A stretch of DNA of 64,000 nt from positions 640,001-704,000 of the forward strand of contig OZ244197.1 of assembly GCA_965216785.1 (NCBI GenBank). The letters are read 5' to 3'. Positions within the stretch are counted from its first letter, which is position 1, and the number at the start of each line of letters is the position of its first letter. Shown here piece by piece: positions 10,248-20,206 of this stretch. The position numbers and the translations under genes were made by a program. Under the pieces are notes generated by a model. It ran no database searches, was not told the DNA's origin, and saw only the letters and a program-made list of their open reading frames with translations. The stretch comes from Thermodesulfobacteriota bacterium (GTDB lineage Bacteria; Desulfobacterota_D; UBA1144; Nemesobacterales; UBA2774).

Positions 10248-11611
10248 CTAGACAATCTTTCCTTAGCAGCGTTTAGTTGCCCTTCTACTAGAGAGCGGAT
10301 TTCATTTAGTCTTTCTTGTGACTGGGCCTCGAACCTGAGGACCAGAGCGGGCTGTGTGTTTGAAGCCCTTATGAGGCCCCAGCCGTCGGGGAATTCGACT
10401 CTTACGCCGTCTATGTCAACAGTTTTGTTGCCCTTTGAGAGCTCTTTTTTTACTTCTTCCACCAAGTTGAACTTTATCTCCTCAGGGCAGTCTACGCGAA
10501 TCTCCGGGGTGGATAAGGCGGGGGGTACGTCTGCCAGTAGCTCGGACACGGTTTTGCCTGTCTTAGAGACTATCTCTAGCACCCTAAGCGCCGCGTAAAG
10601 GGCGTCATCGTAGCCGAAGTAGCGGTCCGCGAAGAATATATGACCGCTCATTTCCCCCGCGAGCGCAGCACGCTCGTCCTTCATCTTACTCTTAATAAGA
10701 GAGTGCCCGGTCTTCCACATAATCCCATTGCCGCCCGCTTCCTCAATGCCGGTGAATAGCCGATTGGAACATTTAACGTCGCCAATTATAGTCGCGCCGG
10801 GATTATCTTGGATTATATCCCTAGCGAAAATGAGAACGAGCATGTCACCCCATATGATATTGCCGTTCTCATCCACGACGCCAACCCTGTCGCCGTCGCC
10901 GTCAAACCCAACGCCAAGCTCAAGACCTTCGCTTTTGACGGCGTTAATCATATCTACTAAATTTTCCTCAACCGTGGGGTCCGGATGGTGGTTCGGGAAT
11001 GTGCCGTCAGGCACGGGGTAGAGCTCGGTTACCTGGCAGCCGAACCTGTTGAGAACCTCGGGACCCGCCACCCCTACCATACCGTTTCCGTAATCGGCGG
11101 CGATGCGCAGCCCTGGCTTAATATCCAGATTCTCAAGTAAATAATCTATATACGCGCCTCGCACATCGGCCTCACTAGACGTACCGCTGCCCGTGGGGAA
11201 TTCTCCCGCCTCTGCTATCTGGCCGATCTTCTTGATCTCTTGACCGAAAAGGGAATCTTTGCCGTCTGAGAGCTTGATGCCGTTATACTCTCCGGGATTA
11301 TGGCTTGCTGTGATCATTACGCCGCCCTGCACGTCCAGATTGTAAAGAGAGAAATAGAGCATAGGAGTTGAAACCATGCCAATGTCCAATACATCTATAC
11401 CCGTTGAGTTTACGCCCTGGATAAATGCCTCCGCTAATTCCGGCGAGCTTACTCTGCAGTCTCTTCCTACGGATATAGTTTTTGCGCCCTTCTCAGTCAT
11501 ATAAGCGCCGTAGGCTTTCCCGATAGTTTGAAAGACCCCAGCGTCCAAGTCTTTACCCACTACTCCTCTTATATCGTACTCTCTGAAAATTTGCGGATTT
11601 ATGCGCGGCAT
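10244..11611 (-). CDS. Phosphomannomutase/phosphoglucomutase (AlgC-like)
   Basis: IFREYDIRG, TASHNP, FDGDGDR, GEMSGH, RASNTQP; start at MPRINP with SD GGGGGA. Confidence 0.95.
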   Translation of the reverse strand: MPRINPQIFREYDIRGVVGKDLDAGVFQTIGKAYGAYMTEKGAKTISVGRDCRVSSPELAEAFIQGVNSTGIDVLDIGMVSTPMLYFSLYNLDVQGGVMITASHNPGEYNGIKLSDGKDSLFGQEIKKIGQIAEAGEFPTGSGTSSEADVRGAYIDYLLENLDIKPGLRIAADYGNGMVGVAGPEVLNRFGCQVTELYPVPDGTFPNHHPDPTVEENLVDMINAVKSEGLELGVGFDGDGDRVGVVDENGNIIWGDMLVLIFARDIIQDNPGATIIGDVKCSNRLFTGIEEAGGNGIMWKTGHSLIKSKMKDERAALAGEMSGHIFFADRYFGYDDALYAALRVLEIVSKTGKTVSELLADVPPALSTPEIRVDCPEEIKFNLVEEVKKELSKGNKTVDIDGVRVEFPDGWGLIRASNTQPALVLRFEAQSQERLNEIRSLVEGQLNAAKERLSS

Positions 11612-11713
11612 TGATCTGTTCCCCCGAATTTCTTTTCGGATAATCTTACAGTATCGGGAGAACAATAAAAGTGCAGCTTGACTTTAAAGTCCGGGCTTTT
11701 ATTCTTTGTTGCC

Positions 11714-13201
11714 ATGATTTTTCCTACATTCGAGGAGTTTGAAAAAAAGCTGGATAAGGGGAATCTGATACCGGTCTGGAAGGAAATACTGGCCGATTTC
11801 GATACTCCTGTGTCGGCTTTTAAGAAAATAGAAACCGGAGATTATTCTTTTTTGCTGGAGAGCGTGGAAGGCGGAGAGAAGTGGGGCAGGTACAGCTTTT
11901 TGGGTACAGAGCCATCGGTTATTTTCCGCTCTAAGGGCAGTAAAATAGAGATTACCGAAAACGGTAAAACCCAAACTCTTGAAGGCGATCCGATCGATGA
12001 GCTAAGGCGTCTTCATTCAAGATACAGACCCGTTGCAGAGCCGGGGCTCCCGAGGTTCCATGGGGGCGCCGTAGGGTATTTCAGCTACGATATTGTGAGG
12101 TTCGTAGAGGATCTTCCGGAGCTTGGAGTGGACGAGCTTAAGCTTTGGGACTCGCTGTTTATGATTACGGACACAGTGCTGGTATTCGACAACATAAACC
12201 ATAAAATTAAGATCATTTATAACGCTCATGTGGAGGACCCGAAGAGCTCAAGGGATTGCTACGAGAGTGCTGTAAATAAAATAGAAGAGATACATGAGAA
12301 GCTAAAAAAACCGCTGAGCTTTGAGAACGGAAACAAAAATAGCAATATTAAAAATGAGAATTCAGAGCCTGAACTGGAGTCGAACTTTAAGCCTGAGGAC
12401 TATAAGGAAGCGGTCAGAAAAACAAAGGAATACATAAAAGCCGGGGATATAATACAGGCCGTAATCTCGCAGCGCTGGAAGACCAAGCTCGACGTCGATC
12501 CTTTTGATCTGTACAGAGCGCTTAGGGTATTAAACCCCTCACCATATATGTTTTATTTTAAAACCGACTCCGAGACTCTGGTGGGCTCTTCCCCCGAAGT
12601 GATGGTCAGAGTCGAGGACGGAGAAGTGCTCAGCCGCCCTATTGCGGGAACGAGACCAAGGGGCGGGACTGAGAAAGAGGACCTTGAGCTTGAAGAAGAG
12701 CTCCTGGCTGATCCCAAGGAGAGGGCTGAGCACATAATGCTTGTGGACCTTGCCAGAAACGACCTGGGAAGGGTATCTGAGAGCGGCAGTGTGCATGTGG
12801 ACGAGCTGATGATTATAGAGAGATACTCACACGTGATGCATATAGTATCAAACGTCACCTCGAAGCTCACGCCCGGAAAAGACGCCTTTGACGTGGTGAA
12901 GGCAACCTTCCCTGCGGGTACTCTATCCGGAGCCCCTAAAGTAAGGGCTATGGAGATTATAGAGGAAACTGAGCCTGAGAGAAGGGGCGCTTACGGGGGC
13001 GCTGTAGGGTATTTCGGCTTTTCGGGGAATATGGACGCGTGTATAACGATCAGGACTTTTGTAATCAAGGACGGGGAGATATATATACAGGCAGGGGCAG
13101 GAATTGTGGCCGACTCTGACCCGGATAGAGAATTTGAGGAGACTGTAAATAAGGTAAAGGCGCTTGTTAGAGCAGTTGAAGCTGCCAAGCAGGGACTATA
13201 A
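11714..13201 (+). CDS. trpE: Anthranilate synthase component I
   Basis: FLLESVEGGEKWGRYSF, NPSPYM, RPIAGTRPRG, AEHIMLVDLARND, FPAGTLSGAPK; start moved to ATG 11714. Confidence 0.93.
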   Translation: MIFPTFEEFEKKLDKGNLIPVWKEILADFDTPVSAFKKIETGDYSFLLESVEGGEKWGRYSFLGTEPSVIFRSKGSKIEITENGKTQTLEGDPIDELRRLHSRYRPVAEPGLPRFHGGAVGYFSYDIVRFVEDLPELGVDELKLWDSLFMITDTVLVFDNINHKIKIIYNAHVEDPKSSRDCYESAVNKIEEIHEKLKKPLSFENGNKNSNIKNENSEPELESNFKPEDYKEAVRKTKEYIKAGDIIQAVISQRWKTKLDVDPFDLYRALRVLNPSPYMFYFKTDSETLVGSSPEVMVRVEDGEVLSRPIAGTRPRGGTEKEDLELEEELLADPKERAEHIMLVDLARNDLGRVSESGSVHVDELMIIERYSHVMHIVSNVTSKLTPGKDAFDVVKATFPAGTLSGAPKVRAMEIIEETEPERRGAYGGAVGYFGFSGNMDACITIRTFVIKDGEIYIQAGAGIVADSDPDREFEETVNKVKALVRAVEAAKQGL

Positions 13202-13204
13202 ACA

Positions 13205-13786
13205 ATGATATTGATGATAGATAACTACGACTCCTTCACATACAATCTGGTCCACTATCTCTCTGAGCTCGGACAGGATGTGGAGGTGTACAGAAACGAT
13301 AAGATCACGGTCGAAGACGTCGGAGGGCTGAACCCGGATATCATAGTCGTCTCTCCCGGACCGTGTACGCCCAAAGAGGCGGGCGTATCTGTGGATGTGA
13401 TAAAAGAGTTTGCGGGAAGAATCCCCGTGCTCGGGGTCTGCCTCGGTCACCAGTCGCTCGCATACGCATACGGGGCCAAGATAATAAGGGCTGACAGGCT
13501 GCTCCACGGGAAGACCTCATTAATCCACCACGACGCTAAGGGAATATACAAAGAGATACCGGACCCTTTTGAGGCGACGAGATATCACTCGCTTCTTGTA
13601 GAAAGAAAGACGCTTCCCGACGTGTTTGAAATTACAGCCTGGACCGACGAAGGGGAGATAATGGGAATCAGGCACAAGGAACTATTGCTTGAAGGCGTTC
13701 AGTTTCACCCTGAATCGATACTTACGAAATACGGAAAAGACCTGCTAGGGAATTTTGTCGAACTCGCCCGAAACTCCATCTCTTGA
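13205..13786 (+). CDS. trpG: Anthranilate/aminodeoxychorismate synthase component II (glutamine amidotransferase)
   Basis: IDNYDSFTYNL, SPGPCTP, GVCLGHQ, GVQFHPESI; 3 nt after trpE. Confidence 0.92.
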   Translation: MILMIDNYDSFTYNLVHYLSELGQDVEVYRNDKITVEDVGGLNPDIIVVSPGPCTPKEAGVSVDVIKEFAGRIPVLGVCLGHQSLAYAYGAKIIRADRLLHGKTSLIHHDAKGIYKEIPDPFEATRYHSLLVERKTLPDVFEITAWTDEGEIMGIRHKELLLEGVQFHPESILTKYGKDLLGNFVELARNSIS

Positions 13787-13898
13787 TCAAATAGATACGA
13801 TCCTATTTAAATACACTAAGTATCCCCTAATGCTATTGTTGAAAATAGGATTTAAACTCTTTATATTGCTTTAGCTTTGAACAAAGCTGCACAGTTCT

Positions 13899-13959
13899 TT
13901 GACTTGTCAATGTAAATGTTTAGAATAATTCCGAGCAAGCGCTCGTTCGGAATTATTCT
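13899..13959 (+). promoter_or_regulatory. Sigma-70-like promoter overlapped by a 38-bp imperfect palindrome (candidate operator)
   Basis: TTGACT(13899)-N16-TAGAAT(13921); AGAATAATTCCGA-N12-TCGGAATTATTCT at 13922-13959. Confidence 0.65.
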
Positions 13960-14019
13960 TGGTATTTTCGGCCAGCATTGTATGCTGCAAAATAAAGAGT
14001 TCGATAAGGAGATAGTATT

Positions 14020-15744
14020 ATGCGTTTACTATTTAAGCCCCGCGATAAAAAATATGTAGGAGAGGGAACCCTGCCGTTTGGAACATTCGACGAAACTTCC
14101 GAGTGGCTGCCCTTAACCCGCTACCTGGAAGAGGGAGCTAAAATGTTTCCCGAGAAAACGATGTTCAGGGTTGCGGACAGAGACGGGAACCTGAACGAGA
14201 GCTATACGTACGAGGAAACAAACACCTGGTCTAATAGAGTAGCTAACGGTCTTAAGGATGAGTTTGGCATAAAGAAAGGGGATAGGATTGGTATTTACAT
14301 GCTTAACTCCTCTGAATATGTGATCTCGATACTGGCAATACATAAAACCGGCGCAGTACAGGTGCCGATAAATAAGGACGAGAAAGGCGAGAGGCTTGCT
14401 TACGTAATAAATTACTCCGAGATGTCGGCACTTGTAGTCGACCCGGAGAGTCTTCCGATAATAGAGGAAATCGTAGACAGCCTGGAGAGCTTGAACGTGA
14501 TATTCGTAACGGGTGATGCGGCAAATGTGCCAGACACAACAGGCAGTATTAAAACGCTGCCCTTCTCTGTATTCGAGAATTATTCACCGCAAAGCCCTGG
14601 CGTGCCCGTAGGGACCGAAGACGTCGAGAGGTGTATGTTTACCTCAGGCACGACCGGGATGCCCAAGGGGGTATCAAGGAATCACGGAGGGGTAGTGCTT
14701 ACGGTGAGAGGATACATACAGCAGTCGGGAGTAAGGAGTGAAGACATCCTTATGAGCGTCCTGACACTCGGGCACGCAAACGCTCAGGTTATGTGTCTCT
14801 TTACCGCTATTGGATCAGGGTGTACAGCTGTGTTCTATCCCCGTTTCTCAGCCTCGAATTTCTGGAAGTGGGCCGCGGAATGCGGCGCTACCCATGTAAA
14901 TATGCTGGGGGCCGTGGCGGAATATCTGTGGGCGGCTGAACCCTCTGAATGGGACCAAAAACATAACGTCAGAATGGTGCTTTCCGGACCCGCTCCCAGG
15001 AACCTGCAGGAGTTTCAGGATAGGTTCAACACTAGGACTATAGACGGGTACGGCTCGACAGAGATGGGCATGGTACTGTGGAAAGACCCAGAAGACTACC
15101 GCCCGGGCTCCTCGGGATTCCCGATGGAAGGGTACTACGTTGAGCTAAGGGACCCTCAGGACACAAGTATAGTGATGCGCCCATTCTGGGACCCGACTGA
15201 TGAGCCTACGCCTCCTGAAGACGCTAAAGGGCTTTTGTTTATAAAACCCTTCATCCCGCACACTACGCTTAACGAGTACTTTAAGGACGAGAGAAGAACG
15301 AGGGAAGCTTTTGACGACGACGGTTTTTTTAACTCCGATGACCTATTCGCAAGGGGTATAGACGGGAGATATTATTTTCAGGGACGTTACAGCAGGATAA
15401 GGGTGTCAGGCGAAAACGTCGACCCTATTGCGGTTCAGGACGTGGCTATGCAGCATGAGGCCATACAGGAAGCTGTAGCGGTAGGTATAAGACTGCCCGA
15501 TGTAGCGGATGATGAAATAAAGCTTAATGTCACGCTTAAAAAAGGTGCTGAGTTTGACCCCGCTGAGTTTTCAATGTGGATGGCAGAGAAATCTCCCGTA
15601 TTTATGGTGCCGCGCTTTATAGAAGTCTACAAAGATGGATTCCCCGTAACGGCTACACAGAAAATACGGGTAGCCGAGATAAAGGAGATTACTGACAAGA
15701 CTTGGGACCGGAGTAAAGCTGGAATCAAGTTCAGATCCAGATAG
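14020..15744 (+). CDS. AMP-dependent acyl-CoA ligase, CaiC-like (paralogue 1)
   Basis: MFTSGTTGMPKG, DGYGSTE, IRVSGENV, TATQKI; SD AAGGAG. Confidence 0.9.
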   Translation: MRLLFKPRDKKYVGEGTLPFGTFDETSEWLPLTRYLEEGAKMFPEKTMFRVADRDGNLNESYTYEETNTWSNRVANGLKDEFGIKKGDRIGIYMLNSSEYVISILAIHKTGAVQVPINKDEKGERLAYVINYSEMSALVVDPESLPIIEEIVDSLESLNVIFVTGDAANVPDTTGSIKTLPFSVFENYSPQSPGVPVGTEDVERCMFTSGTTGMPKGVSRNHGGVVLTVRGYIQQSGVRSEDILMSVLTLGHANAQVMCLFTAIGSGCTAVFYPRFSASNFWKWAAECGATHVNMLGAVAEYLWAAEPSEWDQKHNVRMVLSGPAPRNLQEFQDRFNTRTIDGYGSTEMGMVLWKDPEDYRPGSSGFPMEGYYVELRDPQDTSIVMRPFWDPTDEPTPPEDAKGLLFIKPFIPHTTLNEYFKDERRTREAFDDDGFFNSDDLFARGIDGRYYFQGRYSRIRVSGENVDPIAVQDVAMQHEAIQEAVAVGIRLPDVADDEIKLNVTLKKGAEFDPAEFSMWMAEKSPVFMVPRFIEVYKDGFPVTATQKIRVAEIKEITDKTWDRSKAGIKFRSR

Positions 15745-16684
15745 GGTTAAAAAGAAAAAATATAAATACGGCATAGAGAAGTACAAGAAACGCGCCCTCT
15801 ATCTTACTCACCCGAAAGCCGGTTCTCATTAGGGGGAGTACTAAAATTGTAAAAAAGATCATGACCGGGAATTCAAAGCGGAGAAGCGAGGGATCAACCT
15901 TTATGGGCTGGATTACCGATACGAGCCCGAGTATCCCTATATTGAATATATTACTTCCTATTATATTGCCTACGATTATATCCTGCTCTTTTCTGAGCGC
16001 CGCAACTATGGAGGTAGAGAGCTCTGGGAGCGAAGTCCCTATGGCAACAGCGGTGATGCCGATAATGAATTCGCTGACACCGAACATTTGAGCAATTGAG
16101 ATGGCGGAATCCACAAGGAGCCTGGCGCCGATTATTAAACCCAAAAGCCCTAGGATGAGGAACATCAATTGTTTTAAGTAGCCGCCGTTTTTCTTAATCT
16201 CTTCGAATCCGGGCTCGGGTTTATGGGATTCTTTACGAGCGGCGTAATAACTGTAAACCACAAACGCTATGAGAGCTGAAAAGATAAACGCGCCCTCGAG
16301 ACGGCCTATCCTGAGCCCCCATGCAAGGGCGTAAAGAAGTAAAGATAGAACAATCATTATAGGGACTTCTATCTTTATGAGCTTTATATTAATCACTATA
16401 GGACAAAGGATCGCCGACACTCCGAGAATAAGAGCTATATTTGAAATGTTGCTGCCTACTATGTTGCCGATCACTATGTCGCTTGACCCTTGCAACGCGG
16501 CCATAATGCAAACCAAGAATTCAGGGGACGATGTGCCGAACGCAACCACCGTGAGTCCTATCACCATTGGGCTTATACCCATCATGCGCGCCAGATTGGA
16601 AGCGCCCCTTACAAGCCCTTCGCCGCCGAGATAAAGCGCCGCGAGTCCGATAATGAAATAGAGTATTATGATTAAGATGTCCAA
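15731..16684 (-). CDS. Calcium/sodium antiporter (YrbG-like, CaCA family)
   Basis: Two alpha repeats GTSSPE...GNIVGSNISN and GTSLPE...GNIIGSNIFN; about 10 TM segments. Confidence 0.93.
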   Translation of the reverse strand: MDILIIILYFIIGLAALYLGGEGLVRGASNLARMMGISPMVIGLTVVAFGTSSPEFLVCIMAALQGSSDIVIGNIVGSNISNIALILGVSAILCPIVINIKLIKIEVPIMIVLSLLLYALAWGLRIGRLEGAFIFSALIAFVVYSYYAARKESHKPEPGFEEIKKNGGYLKQLMFLILGLLGLIIGARLLVDSAISIAQMFGVSEFIIGITAVAIGTSLPELSTSIVAALRKEQDIIVGNIIGSNIFNIGILGLVSVIQPIKVDPSLLRFEFPVMIFFTILVLPLMRTGFRVSKIEGAFLVLLYAVFIFFLFNPIWI

Positions 16685-16955
16685 ATATTTACCTCTTATA
16701 GCTCTGCTATAGCATACTCAAGTGTGACAAGACCTCTACCATTTTCCCGAATTTACAAGACCTGACAAGTAAATGCCATTTAATACAATAAAGCAGACCA
16801 AATAATGGAATAGCTCGAACTATATATATGGCCTTCTGAAATATATTCGTTATAAAGCCAAAATTAGGTTGACAGAATAAATGTATTCGACATATATTAT
16901 TCTTGATATATTATTCATGGGTCAAAAAAACATAAAATAGTCAAGGAGGGATTCC

Positions 16956-18683
16956 ATGCGTTTATTATTTAAACCCCGGGACCAACAGTACCTGGGCGAA
17001 GGAACACTGCCGTTTGGAAATTTTGAAGACACCAAACAGTGGCAGCCGATTACGAAATGTCTTGAGATGGGGGCGGAGCGGTTCCCGGACAAGGACATGT
17101 TTCGCGTCGCAAACTCTGAGGGCGTAGTAACTGAGAGCTATACATATAAGGAAACAAATGATTGGGCAAACAAGGTAGCAAACGGTCTTAAAGACGAATT
17201 CGGAGTAAATAAAGGCGATAAAGTGGGAATGTATATGCTGAACTGCTCTGAATACGTAGCCTCAATAATCGCAATTCATAAAATCGGCGGAGTACAGGTT
17301 CCGATAAATAAAGATGAAAAAGGCGAGAGACTTGCGTATGTAATAAATTACTCGGAGATGGTAGCCCTGATAGTTGATCCCGGGAGCCTGCCATTTATGG
17401 AAGAGATAGCGGGCACGCTTGAGAACCTTAAAATTATTTTCGTCACGGGCGACCCGGGCGATGTTCCTGAAGAGATAGGGGGCATAAAGACCCTTCCCTT
17501 CACGACATTCGACTCGTTCTCAGACGCTAACACGGGCGTAGAAGTTTCGGTTGACGATATGGAAAGATGCATGTTCACATCTGGAACAACCGGAATGCCC
17601 AAAGGTGTGGCGAGAGACCATGGCGGAGTAATAATGACAGTTCGCGCTTATCTGCAGCAGCAGGGTGTGCGCAGCGAGGATACGCTTATGAGTGTGTTAT
17701 CGCTTGGTCACGCAAACGCTCAGGTGATGTGCCTATTCAGCGCTATGGGAGCCGGAGCTACAGCAGTGTTCTTTACCAGATTCTCCGCTTCTAAATTCTG
17801 GAAATGGGCTGCCGACTGCGGCGCAACTGGTGTAAATATGCTGGGTGCCGTTGCAGAGTACCTATGGGCCGCCGAGCCAACCGAATGGGATAAAAAACAC
17901 AATATACGAATCATGCTGGGCTCACCGGCGCCGCGTAACCTGGATGAGTTTCAGGAGCGCTTCGGTGTGAGGGTGATAGACGGCTACGGATCCACGGAGA
18001 TGGGCATGGTACTCTGGAAAGACCCGGAAGACCACCGCCCTGGCTCCTCAGGATTCCCGATGGAAGGTTATTATGTGGAGCTGAGAGATCCTCAGAACCC
18101 GGACACTGTACTCAGACCGTTCTGGGATCCCTATGAAGACCCGACACCGCCGGACGAAGCTAAAGGACTTGTGTTCATTAAGCCGCTAGTGCCGCACACG
18201 ACACTTAACGAGTACTTTAAAGACGAGAGAAGAACAAGAGAGGCGTTTGACGACGAAGGCTTCTTTAATTCTGACGACCTATTTGCGAGAGGAATTGACG
18301 GACGTTATTACTTCTCGGGCAGGTTCAGCAGGATTAGAGTGTCGGGAGAAAACGTAGACCCGATAGCCGTTCAGGACGAAGCTATGCAGTACGAGTCCAT
18401 ACAGGAAGCGGTGGCTGTGGGAATCAGGCTTCCCAACGTGTCTGACGATGAGATTAAGCTCAACATAACCCTTAAGCAGGGAGCCGAGTTTGACCCAGTG
18501 GAATTTAGCAAATGGATGGCCGAGAGGGTTATAGTGGCTATGGTGCCGCGCTTCATCGAAGTTTATGAGGACGGTTTCCCGGTAACTGCTACGCAGAAGA
18601 TAAAAGTAGCGGAAATTAAAGAAATTACAGATAAGACCTGGGACAGGAGCACCACGGACCTTAAGTTTAGCGCCAGAAAGTAA
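16956..18683 (+). CDS. AMP-dependent acyl-CoA ligase, CaiC-like (paralogue 2)
   Basis: Same motifs as, and long identical blocks with, 14020-15744; SD AAGGAGG. Confidence 0.9.
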   Translation: MRLLFKPRDQQYLGEGTLPFGNFEDTKQWQPITKCLEMGAERFPDKDMFRVANSEGVVTESYTYKETNDWANKVANGLKDEFGVNKGDKVGMYMLNCSEYVASIIAIHKIGGVQVPINKDEKGERLAYVINYSEMVALIVDPGSLPFMEEIAGTLENLKIIFVTGDPGDVPEEIGGIKTLPFTTFDSFSDANTGVEVSVDDMERCMFTSGTTGMPKGVARDHGGVIMTVRAYLQQQGVRSEDTLMSVLSLGHANAQVMCLFSAMGAGATAVFFTRFSASKFWKWAADCGATGVNMLGAVAEYLWAAEPTEWDKKHNIRIMLGSPAPRNLDEFQERFGVRVIDGYGSTEMGMVLWKDPEDHRPGSSGFPMEGYYVELRDPQNPDTVLRPFWDPYEDPTPPDEAKGLVFIKPLVPHTTLNEYFKDERRTREAFDDEGFFNSDDLFARGIDGRYYFSGRFSRIRVSGENVDPIAVQDEAMQYESIQEAVAVGIRLPNVSDDEIKLNITLKQGAEFDPVEFSKWMAERVIVAMVPRFIEVYEDGFPVTATQKIKVAEIKEITDKTWDRSTTDLKFSARK

Positions 18684-18720
18684 GGTCTTAAGCAAGTATG
18701 ATTTAAAGCAACATCAATAA

Positions 18721-19185
18721 ATGAAAGACGATGAAAAATTCATGCGCCTGGCTATCGAGCAAGCTCAGATAGCCGGGCGTTTTGGTGAAGTACCCATTGG
18801 GGCTGTGATCACAGACAGCTCAGATAAAGTTATTTCTTCGGGTTACAACCTAAGAGAGACCACTAACGACCCAACAGCCCACGCCGAAGTAGTAGCTATA
18901 AAAAAAGCATCTCAAAATATTAATAGCTGGAGGCTTGAAGGGTGCACGCTTTACGTCACTCTAGAGCCCTGCGTGATGTGTATTGGAGCAATAGTGTTAT
19001 CGAGAATAAGAAGACTCGTGTTCGGCGCCAGGGACCCCAAGGCGGGGGCAGTCGTATCGCTCTACAAAATAGGTATAGACAATAAGTTGAACCATAAAGT
19101 TGAATACACTGAAGGTGTGTGCGAGGAGGAGTGCTCGCGTCTCTTAATAGAGTTTTTCGCCGATCTTAGGGCCGGGAAGGGTTGA
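18721..19185 (+). CDS. tadA: tRNA adenosine(34) deaminase
   Basis: GEVPIGA, DPTAHAE, TLEPCVMC, DPKAGA. Confidence 0.92.
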   Translation: MKDDEKFMRLAIEQAQIAGRFGEVPIGAVITDSSDKVISSGYNLRETTNDPTAHAEVVAIKKASQNINSWRLEGCTLYVTLEPCVMCIGAIVLSRIRRLVFGARDPKAGAVVSLYKIGIDNKLNHKVEYTEGVCEEECSRLLIEFFADLRAGKG

Positions 19186-19189
19186 TCAC

Positions 19190-19510
19190 TTAAGACCCGG
19201 ATTTAAAGAACCCGAATATATCTCCGATGATGTTGGCGTCATCTGAGCCTGCGAGCTTCTCAAGCTCGCCTTCATCTAACCAAACTCCGTCACAAGAAGT
19301 GCATCGGTCGATTTGAATACCACGGAAAATTATTTCCTCGAGCTTTCCTCCGCACTTTGGACATGTCATAAAGCAGGTGGCCTGAATTTCCGCTCTCTGC
19401 TTCGCTTCCGCCTCTTCTCTTAATTTATCTTGCAGACGTTTTACTTTTTCGGCTTCTTCTTTGGCAATATACTCGTCTTCTGTTTTGGAAGATTTCTTTT
19501 CATTAGTCAT
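19190..19510 (-). CDS. zf-TFIIB-like zinc-ribbon protein
   Basis: CPKC...IDRCTSCDGVWLDEGELEKL after a charged helix. Confidence 0.85.
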   Translation of the reverse strand: MTNEKKSSKTEDEYIAKEEAEKVKRLQDKLREEAEAKQRAEIQATCFMTCPKCGGKLEEIIFRGIQIDRCTSCDGVWLDEGELEKLAGSDDANIIGDIFGFFKSGS

Positions 19511-19548
19511 TTAATTTTCCTCACTGGAATTAAGTTTTATTGATCTCC

Positions 19549-20205
19549 CTACTGCGCCTGGCCCTTTGATGAGGGTGTAATAATAATACGTTTTTCATTA
19601 CGGTCAATCTTGGTTTCATAACTCACGCCGCTCTCACGCTTCAGCGTGATATAAGCAATCCTTCTTTCAGAGGCCGACATCGGGTTAAGCGAAACCGGCT
19701 TCTTCGTTTTTCTTACTTTTTTAGCAGTATCTCTTACGACTCTGGATATAGTATCTTCACGCTTACGCTTGTATCCGTCTACGTCGATAGAGACCCTCTT
19801 TTCTCTGCCGTCATCACAGCGGCGGGCAGCCACCTTGCCGACTATGTACTCCATAGCCTTTATCATCTCACCCTTTTTCCCGATGAGAAGCCCCTTGTCG
19901 TTTGTGTTTTTAATATCCAGTTTTATCTTGTCCGGATTCTCACGGATACCCACAGCATAGGAAGGCACCAGGTAGCTAAGAATTTCCTCAAGCACCTTCT
20001 TGGACCTGAGCCCCTTCTCGCTTAAACTCTCGTCCTTTACGGTAATCCTGACCTTAGCCTTTTTTACCCCGATACCCAAAACACCTTTTGAGCCCTCCTG
20101 CAGTACCTCTACATCGAGCTCACTCCTGGGAACACCTAAATCCTCGCAGGCGCTAATTGTTGCCTCGGAAACTGTTTTCCCTTCCCTTTCTATGACTATC
20201 GGCAT
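19549..20205 (-). CDS. jag: Jag/KhpB (EloR) RNA-binding protein
   Basis: Jag_N EGKTVSEA...GVLGIG; KH LLIGKKG; R3H-like PMSASERRI; follows yidC. Confidence 0.9.
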   Translation of the reverse strand: MPIVIEREGKTVSEATISACEDLGVPRSELDVEVLQEGSKGVLGIGVKKAKVRITVKDESLSEKGLRSKKVLEEILSYLVPSYAVGIRENPDKIKLDIKNTNDKGLLIGKKGEMIKAMEYIVGKVAARRCDDGREKRVSIDVDGYKRKREDTISRVVRDTAKKVRKTKKPVSLNPMSASERRIAYITLKRESGVSYETKIDRNEKRIIITPSSKGQAQ

Positions 20206-20206
20206 T

